DNA of 63,815 nt, filler included, from Octopus bimaculoides (Eukaryota), in assembly GCF_001194135.2 (NCBI RefSeq). It is 3 parts of 3 records of this genome, joined end to end, with 100 filler letters (N's around TTAATTAATTAA, not from the genome) between each part and the next. Parts side by side here need not be neighbours in the genome. Positions count along the whole stretch, not along the records: positions 1 to 31,737 come from NC_068991.1; positions 31,838 to 60,462 come from NC_068997.1; 1 more part is not named here. One strand, 5' to 3'. Positions 26,915-40,419 of this stretch are shown piece after piece. Numbering within the stretch: position 1 is the stretch's first letter; each line of letters begins with the position of its first letter. A program made the translations under genes and the position numbers. The notes beneath the pieces are model-generated. The model was not told where the DNA came from and searched no databases. It was given only the letters and a program-made list of their open reading frames with translations.

Positions 26915-27352
26915 TGCTTCACTCATTTGACTGCAGCCATACTGGGACACTGCCTTGAATAATTTTTAGTCAAATGAGTCAACCCTTTCCCTCTTCATCC
27001 CCAAAGTTTGATGCTTATTCTATTGGTGCATCTTGATGAACCGCTAAGTTACGGGGACATAAATACACCAACACTAGTTGTCAAGCAGTGGCAGGGGACA
27101 TACACATAGGCATACACAAAGGCATACATAGGTGTGTGTGTGTGTTCAATGGCCATCTTTCAGTTTCCATCAACCAAATCTTTGGTCAGCCCAAGGCTAT
27201 AGTANNNNNNNNNNCCATCTTTCAGTTTCCATCAACCAAATCTTTGGTCAGCCCAAGGCTATAGTAGAAGACACTTGCTCAAGGTGCCACACAGTGGGAC
27301 TGAACCCGGAACCATGTGGCTGGGTAGCAAGCTTCTTACCACACAGTCACAC
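26915..27352 (-). mobile_element. composite SINE family B copy
   Basis: same modules; contains a short gap-flanking duplication. Confidence 0.75.
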
Positions 27353-28529
27353 CATAACAGTGGTGCCCCACTCTGGTGGCCAATCTAGATAACACACAAC
27401 ATCACAAGCAGAAATACGAGTTTTACACCCTGTATAGCAATTGTCTTGCCCAAAATTTGAGCAATGTAGATGATCTAGAAGAAGATAAAGTCAAAATACA
27501 GTTCCCTCATACCATAGTTTATAAATTTATGGTTTCATTCTTTATTTCAATATACTGTCACAATAATGTTCTTATATGCACAGAATCACAGAATTTTCAA
27601 GATCATTTTCAAATATCTTTCAGTAAGTGTATGATGAAATATACTGGTTTCTTTTTCCACAAATTACGCTTGTAAAATAAGGGTGTGTCTTATGCAAGTG
27701 CATCTTATATGATGGCAAATACAGTGGTTAGAAAATAGGTTTCTATTCCTCTCAACACACACATGCACAAATTTCTGGAAAAAAAAAAGTGAAATGTAAA
27801 ATCTTTGTGCCTATTATATGCCAGCAAATACAGCAACTGTCAAAAACTCTAATGGACAATGCAATGAAAACATTTAATAATCAAATGATGTCAGTTTGGC
27901 TTGTGTTTGTTTATTTTTTATGATGAACACTTAAAAATTAAAATAATTTGTTAATATTTATAGCTTTCAGATTGTTTATTCTTCCACCCTTCATTTTGCT
28001 AAAGACACACAACTTGCAAGCAATGAACACCACATAATAATAATAATAATAATACATAGACAAAGCTAAATGTGGGTGGTGATGTGATTTATAAATGGTT
28101 AATGTGATGAAGATGTGAGAGATGACTCATTGTTATGATCTTATTTTAAAAATTTGATAGAATGCTGACACTGATGTCTTTAGTTTGAGCACATGACCAA
28201 GTTTATATGTAGGTGGCTTAACATTGATCAATTTCCTATTAACTGATTATACAAGATGCTTTGATACCAAACTAGATGCCACCAAGAACTAATCCTAGTG
28301 AAACACTTTTTTAATCCCATTCATTTGCTTTATAAGGACAAAAAAAATAATAAAATTTATTTTTGTCTTGTATAACTTTCGAAGTTACATTTATGATTTT
28401 TCAGGAACATTAACAAAGCAAGGAAGATCCAAGTGGGCTTCATATCCAAATGAGAGTTAAGTGTGTCTGGTTAAAGAATGCACTAAAATACAAACTGAAA
28501 CATGCTGTGTATATGACTACTCAACAATT

Positions 28530-28828
28530 GTTGTTGGCACTCCGTTGCTTACGACGTCGAGGGTTCCAGTTGATCCAATCAACGGAACAGCCTGTTCATG
28601 AAATTAACGTGTAAGTGGCTGAGCACTCCACAGACACATGTACCCTTAACGTAGTTCTCGGGGATATTCAGCGTGACACGGTGTGACAAGGCTAGCCCTT
28701 TTGAAATACAGGTACAACAGAAACAGGAAGTAAGAGTGAGAGAAAGTTGTGGTGGAAGAGTACAGCAGAGTTCGCCACCATCCCCTGCCGGAGCCTCGTG
28801 GAGCTTTAGGTGTTTTCGTTCAATAAAC
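28530..28828. mobile_element. interspersed repeat (octopus-type SINE or LINE 3' end)
   Basis: GC-richer block with ggcactccgttgcttacgacgtcgagggttccagttgatcc, ending in aataaaca; recognised as a high-copy cephalopod repeat from memory only. Confidence 0.5.
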
Positions 28829-31692
28829 ANNNNNNNNNNNNNNNNNNNNNNNNNNNNNNNNNNNNNNNNNNNNNNNNNNNNNNNNNNNNNNNNNNNNNNN
28901 NNNNNNNNNNNNNNNNNNNNNNNNNNNNNNNNNNNNNNNNNNNNNNNNNNNNNNNNNNNNNNNNNNNNNNNNNNNNNNNNNNNNNNNNNNNNNNNNNNNN
29001 NNNNNNNNNNNNNNNNNNNNNNNNNNNNNNNNNNNNNNNNNNNNNNNNNNNNNNNNNNNNNNNNNNNNNNNNNNNNNNNNNNNNNNNNNNNNNNNNNNNN
29101 NNNNNNNNNNNNNNNNNNNNNNNNNNNNNNNNNNNNNNNNNNNNNNNNNNNNNNNNNNNNNNNNNNNNNNNNNNNNNNNNNNNNNGTGTTTAACCTATTA
29201 ATGCAGACTGTCTCAAAAATAGTTGAAAATTTGTTGTAATTTATTATAGAAAGAAAATTGAATTTTATGCATTACTACAAACGGGGTGAATTGGCAGAGT
29301 CATTTATGTGTCAGACAGAATACTTCACATTATTTGTTCCAATTCTCTACTGAGTTCAAACCCCTATAAAGTCCACTTTGCCTTCCATCTTTTAAGGGTC
29401 AATTAAAAAAAAAGTGCTGTGGTAAGAGCCTTTGAACTTAAAACAATTTCAAATCATGATTGAAACCATTTCCGTTAAGCCACGTTCTAAAAACATAAAC
29501 AGCCCATTTATTCACCCTTCCATTTCTCTTAAACGCAAATAGATTTATATACCCAATAAAAAAATCTCTCATAATTCTTAATATTAGCAGTAAGAAATAA
29601 ATAATGTCTACATAAGAAAGCTCAACCCAAAAGCACATCATTCATGCAGAAGACAATCTAGTATTTTCAAAACATTTTTAACTAAGACACAAGCAAGGGA
29701 AACAGTAAGGAGAGATTCTACATTTAAGAGGGCAATATCATTTGTACTAAATGATTTAAAGTTTAAAAGATTAAGACATATGTTTTAATTTTAAAGAAAA
29801 TTATGGTACATGCTTTTTAATATATGTACAATTTTCTCCACAAGTTCCAAGCTCACATTTTTTTAAATGATAAACTGTGTCTTTCATCCCTCCAGGAAAC
29901 AATAAAATAAGCACCAGCTGCAGTAAACGCATTTTCTTATATAATCTGATGACATAAATATCAATAAGTCAGGGCCAAGTCCCTTAACATACATAATATA
30001 ATGGAGGACTTTTTTTAAGTCAAATTCATTATAAGTTTACCATCACCTTTTGTTTCTAACAAAAATCAGTATTTTATGGTTATAACTTGTCTATACACAA
30101 ACTATTGTACACAATTACACCTTTACAACCAGTGACACAGTAATATCACATCAATAATCAATATTTTTCTTTTAACTTTAAGACAAATTAGGAAAAAAAA
30201 AAAACACATTATCAATAAGGCATTTAAAAACATTAACCTCCTTACTAGGTTAATATTTTCATCCATATGCTCCACTCTTTCATGTGCCCCCCCTCCATTA
30301 ATTGTTTTAACTCAGTGTTTTGCTACCATATCCAACTCCCAACCACGTTGAACTAGTTTTCCAGGCAATCACTTTCTGATCTAAGATATCACAAACATGT
30401 AATCACCCACCTCGTGTGGATTTCTACCATCTGTCCCTCTAAGAGGTACTGTATTTGTCATCTACAATGGCATCCTGATGCAGACTTTATGTACACCAAG
30501 CCAACTCCTCAAAATCAAACTTTACTTTTGACAAGATGGTCATGTCTGGAAAGCCTTTCATTAAAGATCTGCTCAAAGAAAGCAGACTTGGGGATAAACA
30601 ACAGCAAATAAATACTACACAAGTAGATTCCTAAAGACCATCTAAAGTCCAATTTAAGGCCTAAGAGGCATTTCACCACCCTTTTAGAACTGAGCCTTAA
30701 GGTCCAGGTACTCAGAGACAGTACAGCAGGTAGAAAGATAACAGAAATAATTTTAGCAAAAGAGAGGAATTCACAATGAAGAGCCTATCATAAAATAGTT
30801 AATGATATTCAATCATAAATGATTTTCACTAAGTATTCAGGGAAATATTTTGAAAAAGACACTTATTCTAGTTGAATTAGAAAGAGGTAAAAAATAAACG
30901 GAAGAAAAAATAAAAACAAAAAGAATTAAAATATACAGATGAAACAATTAAAACAATACCGTAAATCTCTAAATGAAAGACAATCCACTTTAGGAATACC
31001 AAGTACAATTTTCCATACAGGTGTTGTTTAGCCCAACATCAGCTCTGGTCAAACTCGTTCCAGCCATGGCCAGCCAACCAGCCATGTAGTAAGACTACAT
31101 CAACAAACATACACTTTCTTATTTGTGATTTGAACAAAATTTGGTTTCTATTTCATACAGACTGGAAATTGCCAACATTAATTCGCGTGTAATAATGTTA
31201 ACAAAACTGAATCTGGGCTAGTCTGACAAACAGACTTACTAAGTTATAACCTTCAATGCTTTATTTGTGGGAGGATAAAACAAGAGGAGAGAGGGAGACT
31301 AGTGAGAGAGAAACCAACATTTTTAAACAAGCTTTGTAATGAGGTTTCAATGAGTGATCTACATAAAAAGTATACTTTTATCACAACACTGAATAGGAAT
31401 ATATATATTTATATCATCAGTTAACGTCCGCCCTCCATGGTAGCATGAGTGGGACAGTTTCACAAGAGCTGGCCAGGCAGAAGCTTGCACCGGACTTCTG
31501 TGACTGTTTTGGCAGGATTTTTACAGCTGGACGCCCTTCCAAACACCAACCATTTTACAGTGTGGACTGGGTGCTTTTAAGTGGCACTTGCACTGAGTGG
31601 GTCACCAAGTACTTGCATGACCCAAAAAAAAACTTTCAAGAGGGGAGGAGGCTTTGGAGGAGATGTGTGTATATGTATGGTGTGTGTGTGTA

Positions 31693-31737
<45 letters not shown>

Positions 31738-31837
31738 NNNNNNNNNNNNNNNNNNNNNNNNNNNNNNNNNNNNNNNNNNNNTTAATTAATTAANNNNNNN
31801 NNNNNNNNNNNNNNNNNNNNNNNNNNNNNNNNNNNNN
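31738..31837. other. artificial scaffold-join linker
   Basis: exactly 44 N + TTAATTAATTAA (stops in all six frames) + 44 N = 100 nt. Confidence 0.95.
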
Positions 31838-31898
<61 letters not shown>

Positions 31899-31934
31899 GA
31901 GAGGGGGATAGAGGGATATATATCTATGTATAGG

Positions 31935-32035
31935 GGCAGGCGTGGTTGTGAGGTAAGAAGCTTGCTTCCCAACCACATAGTTCCGAGTTCAGTCTGTATG
32001 CGTGTTACCTTGGGCAAGTGTCTTCTACTGTAGCC
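31935..32035 (+). mobile_element. SINE family B, 5' part
   Basis: ggtaagaagcttgcttcccaaccacatagttccgagttcag...accttgggcaagtgtcttctactgtagcc. Confidence 0.75.
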
Positions 32036-32532
32036 TGAAAAATGCAGAATTGGCGCAAGGTAACTGTATGGTGTGGAATGACTTCAGACAGGATTGTGGG
32101 TCTTTTCATCCTTTCCAATACTATGAATGCCAAAAGGTACCTCACCATGCTGCAAGATGAAATTTGACCAGTTATCAGTACTTGACAGAATATTAAAGAT
32201 TTGATCCTTATGCAAGATGGCGCTCCTCTAAATTTTGCTTTTGTTGTTCGTGAATGGCCGAATGCCCACTTCCCTGAGAGATGGATGGGTCGTCGAAGTC
32301 CGCATGATTGGTCAGCTGGAAGCCCTGATTTAACACCCTGTGATTTTTTCTTTGGGGTTGGTTAAAGGAGTAAGTCTATTCTACCAAACCAACGACTTTG
32401 GAAGAACTTGAAGAGCGAATACGAGAAGTTATGTCTTCTATCCCATAAGAGTTCTTGATGAAATCAGTTGATGCGGTTCCCGGGCGGCTTGAGATGCTAG
32501 TGGCGAATGCTCGTGCCTATATCGAATTTTAA
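32036..32532 (+). pseudogene. Tc1/mariner-superfamily transposase C-terminal relic, DD41D (rosa/Visitor type)
   Basis: KVTVWCGMT...MQDGAP...RWMGRRSPHDWSAGSPDLTPCDFF; 41 residues counted between the QD Asp and the CD Asp; internal stops and one frameshift. Confidence 0.85.
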
Positions 32533-33220
32533 TTTAAGTGCACTTTAGTACATGTAAATGCCGATGAAATCATGTCAAACCTTTCCGATTTCCCTTATCA
32601 AAACAGCTACAACTTGTGCAACAATCTTACATATAAGTTATTGTCACCCGGGAAGAGTATTTTTTATGCTCAAGAAAGAGAGTGTATTTGATAGAAATTG
32701 TTGAAATACATATGTACTTCATATGAATAGCAAATTGTGGAGGATGGTATTCACTGTACTTAGATCTAGTTAGTCTGAGTCACAAAATGAGCCCCCTTTT
32801 AAAATGACGTATAAATCTGAAAATTTGTCATATTAAACATTCATTTCTTATTTAGGGTCTAGTTTGTTTCATTCACAAAATCCGCATTTTTTAAAAGGAA
32901 GTAAAAAATCTGAAAATTAGTTATCTTGATGCAGTTTTCCACGCTTATTCCTATGAAGCCATTTAATTTTTTTTAATGCTTCTGTCCATTGCCTGATACA
33001 GGAAACTGGAAAATCCTGACCAAAACAGATAAATTCTAACTTAACAAAAAATATAGAAAGAGAAGGAAAAGGTTCTGTTTTCCAAAGCCAAAAGATGTAT
33101 TTTTAGCTGGGGTGTAATTTTATAATGAAAACAAATTCAAAATTTAAATTTCAGGACATAAGACGTACCACGTTATCTGGTGTATAGCCGCTGTTCAAAT
33201 GGGTAGAAAGCCTAAAACAA

Positions 33221-33260
<40 letters not shown>

Positions 33261-33446
33261 TTGGGTCTTTCATAGCCAGGGGTCAATTTAAGTTCATTCG
33301 CAGAAAGGAAATCAAAAATGCAACACATGCAATCATATACATGTAAACATGCCCATACGTACACATACATACACAAATACACACCTATCAGCCACTCCCC
33401 AAACCCAGTTTGATCCAAAATTCTGATCACCATTCTTTATATATTT

Positions 33447-33492
<46 letters not shown>

Positions 33493-33829
33493 ACACGCAC
33501 TTTTAACTTTACAATTTTATTCATTACTTTTTCTTCTTTTAATCGTCTGTCATATTTGTCAGTTTTTAGCTTTTGTTTTTGTTTTGGGGGTTTCACTTTA
33601 GCGATGGAAAAGTGTTTTTTAAGTTTTTGAAAATTTGAAACAAAAAAGCATGGTTTTTAAAACTGACTGTCGCAGAGATGTGAAAATAAGGCTACTACTC
33701 GTTAATTTCAATTTAAACTTACCAAAGACGAGGGTCTTCCAGCACCCCACTAGCACCCCCAAGTCTCTTAACGCCCCCTAGTGCCACTTTGCTCCAAAAC
33801 GACCCTTGCGAGCTCCAAATGGCCCAGTT

Positions 33830-34510
33830 GAGAACCTTTGATCTACTCTATACGGGTTATCTAAATCTGTTTGCCAAAAACGACAACGAATTAGAAAAAC
33901 TCCTGAATATTGTCAAAAAATTCAGACTCGATAAATGTGCAAAGTCTACTTTGAAGGCAGGGAAGTTCATAAAGGCAAAAAACATAAAACTTGATACTAT
34001 TGCAGCTATTCGAAATCTAGACCAATCCGAGGTATTATTATTTTATAAATCTCACAGAGATATTCAGCAACGGTACTTTGTAGTAAAGATTGTTTGCCAA
34101 CATAACATGGCAGTAGCAACATCCGTCCTAAACCAGAACCGCCACGTTATATTGGCAAACAATTTTTACTACAATCCGAAGTATACAAATATCTGGAAAC
34201 CAATGAAGCTGATGGTATGCAGCACTGTAAAATGAAAGAGAAAATCCGCAAGGAATGCTACCGAAGGGTAAGAATGACCATAAACTCAGAATTAAATGTT
34301 GCTAACGGGATGAATGTGATCAATTCTTTCACCATACCATTAACTACCTATAGCTTCGGTATCATTAGGTGAAGAATATTGGTAGAAAGATCCAGATGGA
34401 GTTTAAGATTTGGTGAATGTCACGCATAAATAGCTGCGCAACTCAACACCTTGTTAAATGCCAACCAAGCAACACCAGAGTGATTGACATTGGCTAAGCT
34501 GGAGGAGGTT
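33830..34510 (+). pseudogene. R4/Dong-like (RLE-clade) non-LTR reverse transcriptase relic
   Basis: LLYTGYLNLFAKNDNELEKLLNIVKKF/LDKCAK (degenerate LLYMDDLKL motif), then YKYLE...MKEKIRKECYRRVR...SELN. Confidence 0.75.
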
Positions 34511-35200
34511 GATTCGTTCCTTTACTCACAATATATCGGACACAGGTTGTATGTCGTTAATCAAACAGCCATGTTTTAGTGGCAAAAAATATTACCGAAT
34601 AATAATAATAACAACAACAACAACAACAATAATAGCAATAATAATAATAAATGCCCAGATACAATACCAGGCAGTGGCTCTCATTGCTTCTGATCTTAAT
34701 TGATTGGAAGTATTATCAGGCACACGATGTAAAAGATGGTCTACAGCAAATATTCTGCTGAATAGCACAGATTTGCTTGTCAGTTGTTTGACCTTAACCA
34801 GTTGGGCATGTCCCTTACTGGCTGACGATATGTGCATCGTTGATCACAAGCAGGAGAAATGGTAGAGCATCATAGCTATGTATCAAGAGGAATTCTATGG
34901 GGTTTGAATAATTCACTCCTGGAAACATGGATGTTTCGTTAAACAACTCTTATTCAGGGACGTTTTGAGCGGGATGGGCTACTCGACCTGAAGAAAATTC
35001 TAACTGGGCCGTACTTGCAAGGTCATGCGCTGTTTATTATGATATGACATTATCATGTCGCGCACATATGGTTGTGATGCATGTGCCTGGTGTACCCTTA
35101 TCACACAGATAGTCACTTTGATGGCGTGTGCTGCTCTCTCATTCAATAATACTACTACTAATCATAATGACTATAGATGTGTGTGTCTGTGTGTGAGTGT

Positions 35201-35232
<32 letters not shown>

Positions 35233-35467
35233 TTGTATGTATGTATTTATTTATGCTCACACAAAACACACTTGCAATACCTGTTGGTATTATTTCTATT
35301 TGTTGTTTATGCATTCAAACATGTGCATGCGCGCGCGCGTGTGCATGAATTGTGTGTTTGTGTGCGAGTGTGTGTTTACGTTTTTGTGTGTACCCTTCGC
35401 CGATACGTAGATGTATATCAGCAAAAGATTCTGATCAGTAATATAAACCGATCAAACTGGTGCGTTC

Positions 35468-35509
<42 letters not shown>

Positions 35510-36142
35510 GAAGAAAGAAAGAAAGAAAGAAGGAAAGAAAGAAAGAAAGAAAGAAAGAAGGAATAGCTTTAGACATAATCCCTGTCACCATCACAACTAC
35601 GAACACTACCAAGTCTTCGTCTGGTCATAGTTATCAACAGCAATATCTGAACAGCAACAATGAAGGCAAAAAGAAATACTATACGACGTAGTTAATATCA
35701 GAATAGACATAAAGTCGATAGTAGAATGTACTAGACAACACAGTCAACATCACAACAAAGACAGGGAGTCAATTATAGTAATACGCAGAACAACACACAC
35801 ACAACATCATGAATAGGACAATGGTATAAGTGTTTCAATTTGTGAGGAAGAGAGCAGTGTTGATAACATCGGCACCAACACATGACGAGTACTTTAAGTA
35901 ATCATCCCCGAAAAATGAAAGTCTAATTTAAACTCCATTCACTAATTTAAACGCCATTTGAGCACAGAATGCAAAGGAGCGAATGAAATAGTATAAAGCA
36001 CGTTGTCCGACGCTCTACCGAGTCTGTACATTCATCAACACAACAGAGACAATGAAATCCGTGCAATAAAATACATCACAGCAAACTCTACAGCACGTTT
36101 TCATCTACACTTTCTTCTCATTCACACGTCGTGTGTGTGTGT

Positions 36143-36179
<37 letters not shown>

Positions 36180-36926
36180 CGTGCGTATATATATATATAT
36201 GTGTGTGTGAATAAAAATAAAAATAAAAATAAAAATATATAAAAAATGGGTTTTGTATGATCGTGTATAGAGGAATATATTATTTAAAAGAATTCCAACT
36301 CTGTCTGTTTTTTATGTTTTATTTATATTCTTATAAAATTAATGTGGGATACAGAATATGGAATATATAATATAAATAGTAAAATGAAATGAAGTATTGA
36401 ATGTCTTATTGAATATATGAAATATTGAGTNNNNNNNNNNNNNNNNNNNNNNNNNNNNNNNNNNNNNNNNNNNNNNNNNNNNNNNNNNNNNNNNNNNNNN
36501 NNNNNNNNNNNNNNNNNNNNNNNNNNNNNNNNNNNNNNNNNNNNNNNNNNNNNNNNNNNNNNNNNNNNNNNNNNNNNNNNNNNNNNNNNNNNNNNNNNNN
36601 NNNNNNNNNNNNNNNNNNNNNNNNNNNNNNNNNNNNNNNNNNNNNNNNNNNNNNNNNNNNNNNNNNNNNNNNNNNNNNNNNNNNNNNNNNNNNNNNNNNN
36701 NNNNNNNNNNNNNNNNNNNNNNNNNNNNNNNNNNNNNNNNNNNNNNNNNNNNNNNNNNNNNNNNNNNNNNNNNNNNNNNNNNNNNNNNNNNNNNNNNNNN
36801 NNNNNNNNNNNNNNNNNNNNNNNNNNNNNNNNNNNNNNNNNNNNNNNNNNNNNNNNNNNNNNNNNNNNNNNNNNNNNNNNNNNNNNNNNNNNNNNNNNNN
36901 NNNNNNNNNNNNNNNNNNNNNNNNNN

Positions 36927-36957
<31 letters not shown>

Positions 36958-37375
36958 TATTCTAAATGTATAGTATTAAATATCCATCACGGCTGGTCTT
37001 ACCAATCGGTTTCGCGTAAGGAATACAATGGAATGTTAGGTAACAAACCGATTATATAATTGTATGCTCATCAGAGTTAGTCGATATGGAAGGGAATATG
37101 GCGACTGCTCTCTATTGTCGAAGGTGGTTTATCACAACCGGTCAGTGTTTGCTGTGGAAAAGTGAAGGAACGAAAAAGGGGCCAGGGGATTAGTTTAGGA
37201 GTTATGTCCCTTTGTTGGGTATGCTGTGAAGCCGGCAAGAGTTATTTTGAAGTGGGGAAAGTGTGTATTATTAATGTGGTGCTCCTGTGAGGATGACGTG
37301 TGTGGTCTGTGTAGCGGTGTCATATGTATAATTTTTTTCCGGTGCTGTAGGTATATATAGCTGTGTACTTTGGTC

Positions 37376-37416
<41 letters not shown>

Positions 37417-37421
37417 TTATA

Positions 37422-37711
37422 CCATAAAGGAAAAGTTCAATCGTCACTAAGTGTGACTAAAGAGGGAATGGCAGAGGGAATGAGCCGATCATGCGCTGTT
37501 CGAGTAGTCCTCACTGACAATGTCTACAGTATAGACAAAACCAGATCTAGTGTGGGAATCCTCGAGTCGGTTATGGAGACGTTGCCAACATGTGTGTATA
37601 CATTTTGCGCACCTCCTACAGCATTAAAAGTATTTTAACTCTTATTTCTACCAATGAAGGTACATCGCCACCTTAGTCACACCTAGTGACGATTGAATTT
37701 TTCCTTTATGG
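37422..37711. mobile_element. 290-bp MITE with about 41-bp TIRs and TA target-site duplication
   Basis: TA|CCATAAAGGAAAAGTTCAATCGTCACTAAGTGTGACTAAAG ... CCTTAGTCACACCTAGTGACGATTGAATTTTTCCTTTATGG|TA. Confidence 0.85.
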
Positions 37712-37741
37712 TATCACATTATGCCTGACTGTTTATATTAA

Positions 37742-37774
<33 letters not shown>

Positions 37775-38329
37775 CCAAACACACACACTAAAATAATTTA
37801 ATTCAAATACCATTTGAGTATATTGTGAGTCCCTTAATTTTAAAGTAAATATATTATGAAAATAAAATAATTCCACCAATGTACTCTACGATAAAAGCTC
37901 TACTTAAAAACATTTCAAGTGGAAGAGTGAAAACAGAATTCTTTTCATTATTATACCAACATGTTTCAAAAACTTGCTACCAATAAAGAACATGAAAAGG
38001 ACGTAAATGTCACACAGAAAGCAAACATATATGCATGACGTCACATATATGCACAAACACTAACACACTGTTGTTAATTTTGTTATTGTTGTAACTGCTG
38101 TTGTTGATTTTATTCCCCCCCCCNNNNNNNNNNNNNNNNNNNNNNNNNNNNNNNNNNNNNNNNNNNNNNNNNNNNNNNNNNNNNNNNNNNNNNNNNNNNN
38201 NNNNNNNNNNNNNNNNNNNNNNNNNNNNNNNNNNNNNNNNNNNNNNNNNNNNNNNNNNNNCTTCTGTCAAAATTGGAAACCAAAATTACTTCTTCACCTA
38301 TTATTGTCACATATTAATTCATAATTTTC

Positions 38330-38815
38330 AGGCGGTGAGGTGGCAGAACTGTTAGCACGCTGGACGAAATGCTTAGCGACATTTCGTCCGTCTTTATATT
38401 TTGAATTCAAACTCTGCCAAGTTTGACTTTGCCTTTCTTGCTTTCGGGGATTGATAAAATGAGGACCATTTGAGCACTGGGGGGGGGGGGGTCGATGTAA
38501 TCAATGAACACCCTACCCCGAAATTGCTAACCTTCTGTCAAAATTGGAAACCAAAATTACTTCTTCACCTATTATTGTCACATATTAATTCATAATTTTC
38601 AGGCGGTGAGGTGGCAGAACTGTTAGCACGCTGGACGAAATGCTTAGCGACATTTCGTCCGTCTTTATATTCTGAGTTCAAAAGCCACCGAGGTCGATTT
38701 TGCATTTCATCCCTTTCAGTGTCGATGAAATAAGTACCATTTAAGCACTGGGGTCGATGTAATCGACTAACACCCTCTCTCGAACTTGTGCCAAAATTTG
38801 AAACCAATATTTGTG
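38330..38815 (+). mobile_element. two tandem SINE family A copies inside a local duplication
   Basis: ggcggtgaggtggcagaactgttagcacgctggacgaaatgcttagcg heads at about 38331 and 38602. Confidence 0.85.
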
Positions 38816-38991
38816 TTCTTGTTGTTGTTATTGTTACTCCTATAGTTGTTGGTGCAATTTGTGGGACTTTGAACTTTCAACACTTGAAAAACCTTAGCTT
38901 CGTCTTCCGGAGGAAGGGGATGAAAATTTGGCATATGCAGAGGCGAGACCTTCATATATGCAACACTTTTCTGTACGATTTATCTTCTCAC

Positions 38992-39004
38992 TTCATTCAG
39001 TTTG
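38992..39004 (-). CDS. candidate 13-nt microexon, phase 2-0
   Basis: perfect TACTAAC branch point at 39028-39034, about 25 nt upstream; aatcag|C AAA CTG AAT GAA|gtgaga (KLNE); phase matches the 46243 donor. Confidence 0.35.
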
Positions 39005-40419
39005 CTGATTGTGAACGTTGATACCACGTTAGTAGTAAAAACAATGTATTTTTCAAAGCAAAATTTGAAAATCTATCTAATAAATTTGAGGCCCAAATGA
39101 GTGAAAGGCAAATAAAAGCCAACCAGTTTTATGTGTTCTGGTTGGCTTTAACAAATGCTAGATGACAAAATTTCAACAAAAAACAACCTCTGATCAAATT
39201 TAAAAGTGACTCGACACGTTGTTGACAGCACCACCATCACCACTACCATCATCACCACCGCCTCCACCACCACAACAACAATAACAATAATATTAATAAA
39301 ATATAGATATATGTGCATGCATGCATCTTGCCGCGCACGTCTGTGTGCATGTACATATATATATAGAGAGAAAATGGCAAAGAAAAGAGAGGGGGGGTTA
39401 TACATGTATGCATATATATATCTGTATTATATTTATTGAGTGAGGTACCTTTTGAAAAGTCACCTGACGAGACACATCTGCACCGAAGGATGCACCACAG
39501 CCAGTTGTCTATAATCTCACTCGCCAGGGACCGATGTAAGATGGGTCGAAATGACCGTTGTGATTAATAAAGTATTTTGTGAATTCCATTTTCGGTTTCC
39601 CTCATTTGTTACATGTACATATAACGATATATCGAATATATATGTGCATGTATGGTTGTATAATAGAAACATAGTGTATGTATGCATGTATCAGTGATGA
39701 CGCCGGCACCCGGGCTGTTCGGGCTTAACCCTTGTGTAAATTTAGCAAAGTGATCGTGTATTTGCAAACTGATTTAATCTCTGTCAACACTGACTTCAAG
39801 TATGTAATTGCAGCTCGTAATTCGGGTTCCTTTTATTGAGCCTAATCGCAGTTCATTTATTTTCGTTCAGCGTCTGGCGGTCGTCTTAGACGTGTCAAAA
39901 ATGTCATTCGTAGCAAACGTTCTCTCGACATCGTTCACACGCGCCTGACTCAGGCTCAGAAGTTACAGCCCGAGTTGTTATCTATAATCGTGAAAATTAA
40001 AAGTAATTCAAATTCAATGTTTTCTTGAAACAACAAATTTCTACAGAGATTAGGATTTTAATTTCAATCTATAAAAAGTTTCCGTTCTTCAATATTCTTA
40101 AAGGAATGAAAAATTATCCAGCAGCTCGGGTTAATACGAACGAGCCTGGTAGGTGTAAAGGACTAACTGGCATCTCTTGTCAAGAGTATAGGCGACAGTT
40201 AAATCGGTGATGTTTATTGTGCACTCCGCTTTCATTATTTGATTATTGTTATTTTGTGTGTCTGTGAGTAAAGATCAGTTGTGTTTTGCTGGGTTGCTTT
40301 ATTTTTACCCTTAACTTAGAAATGGAGAAAGATATAGTGCTAGATATAAAAAAAATAAGCCATTTAGAGCTAAAAATATTGCGGTAAAATGTGAAATTCT
40401 TCGAGCAGGTCAGCCGATT

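Noticed and set aside
27150-27265. Short direct repeat inside a SINE
   Set aside because: Flanks a small N gap; assembly overlap artefact.
31782-31793. TTAATTAATTAA islands inside N gaps (also 60507-60518) as a biological motif
   Set aside because: Exact 44+12+44 geometry, repeated twice, with six-frame stops: a synthetic linker.
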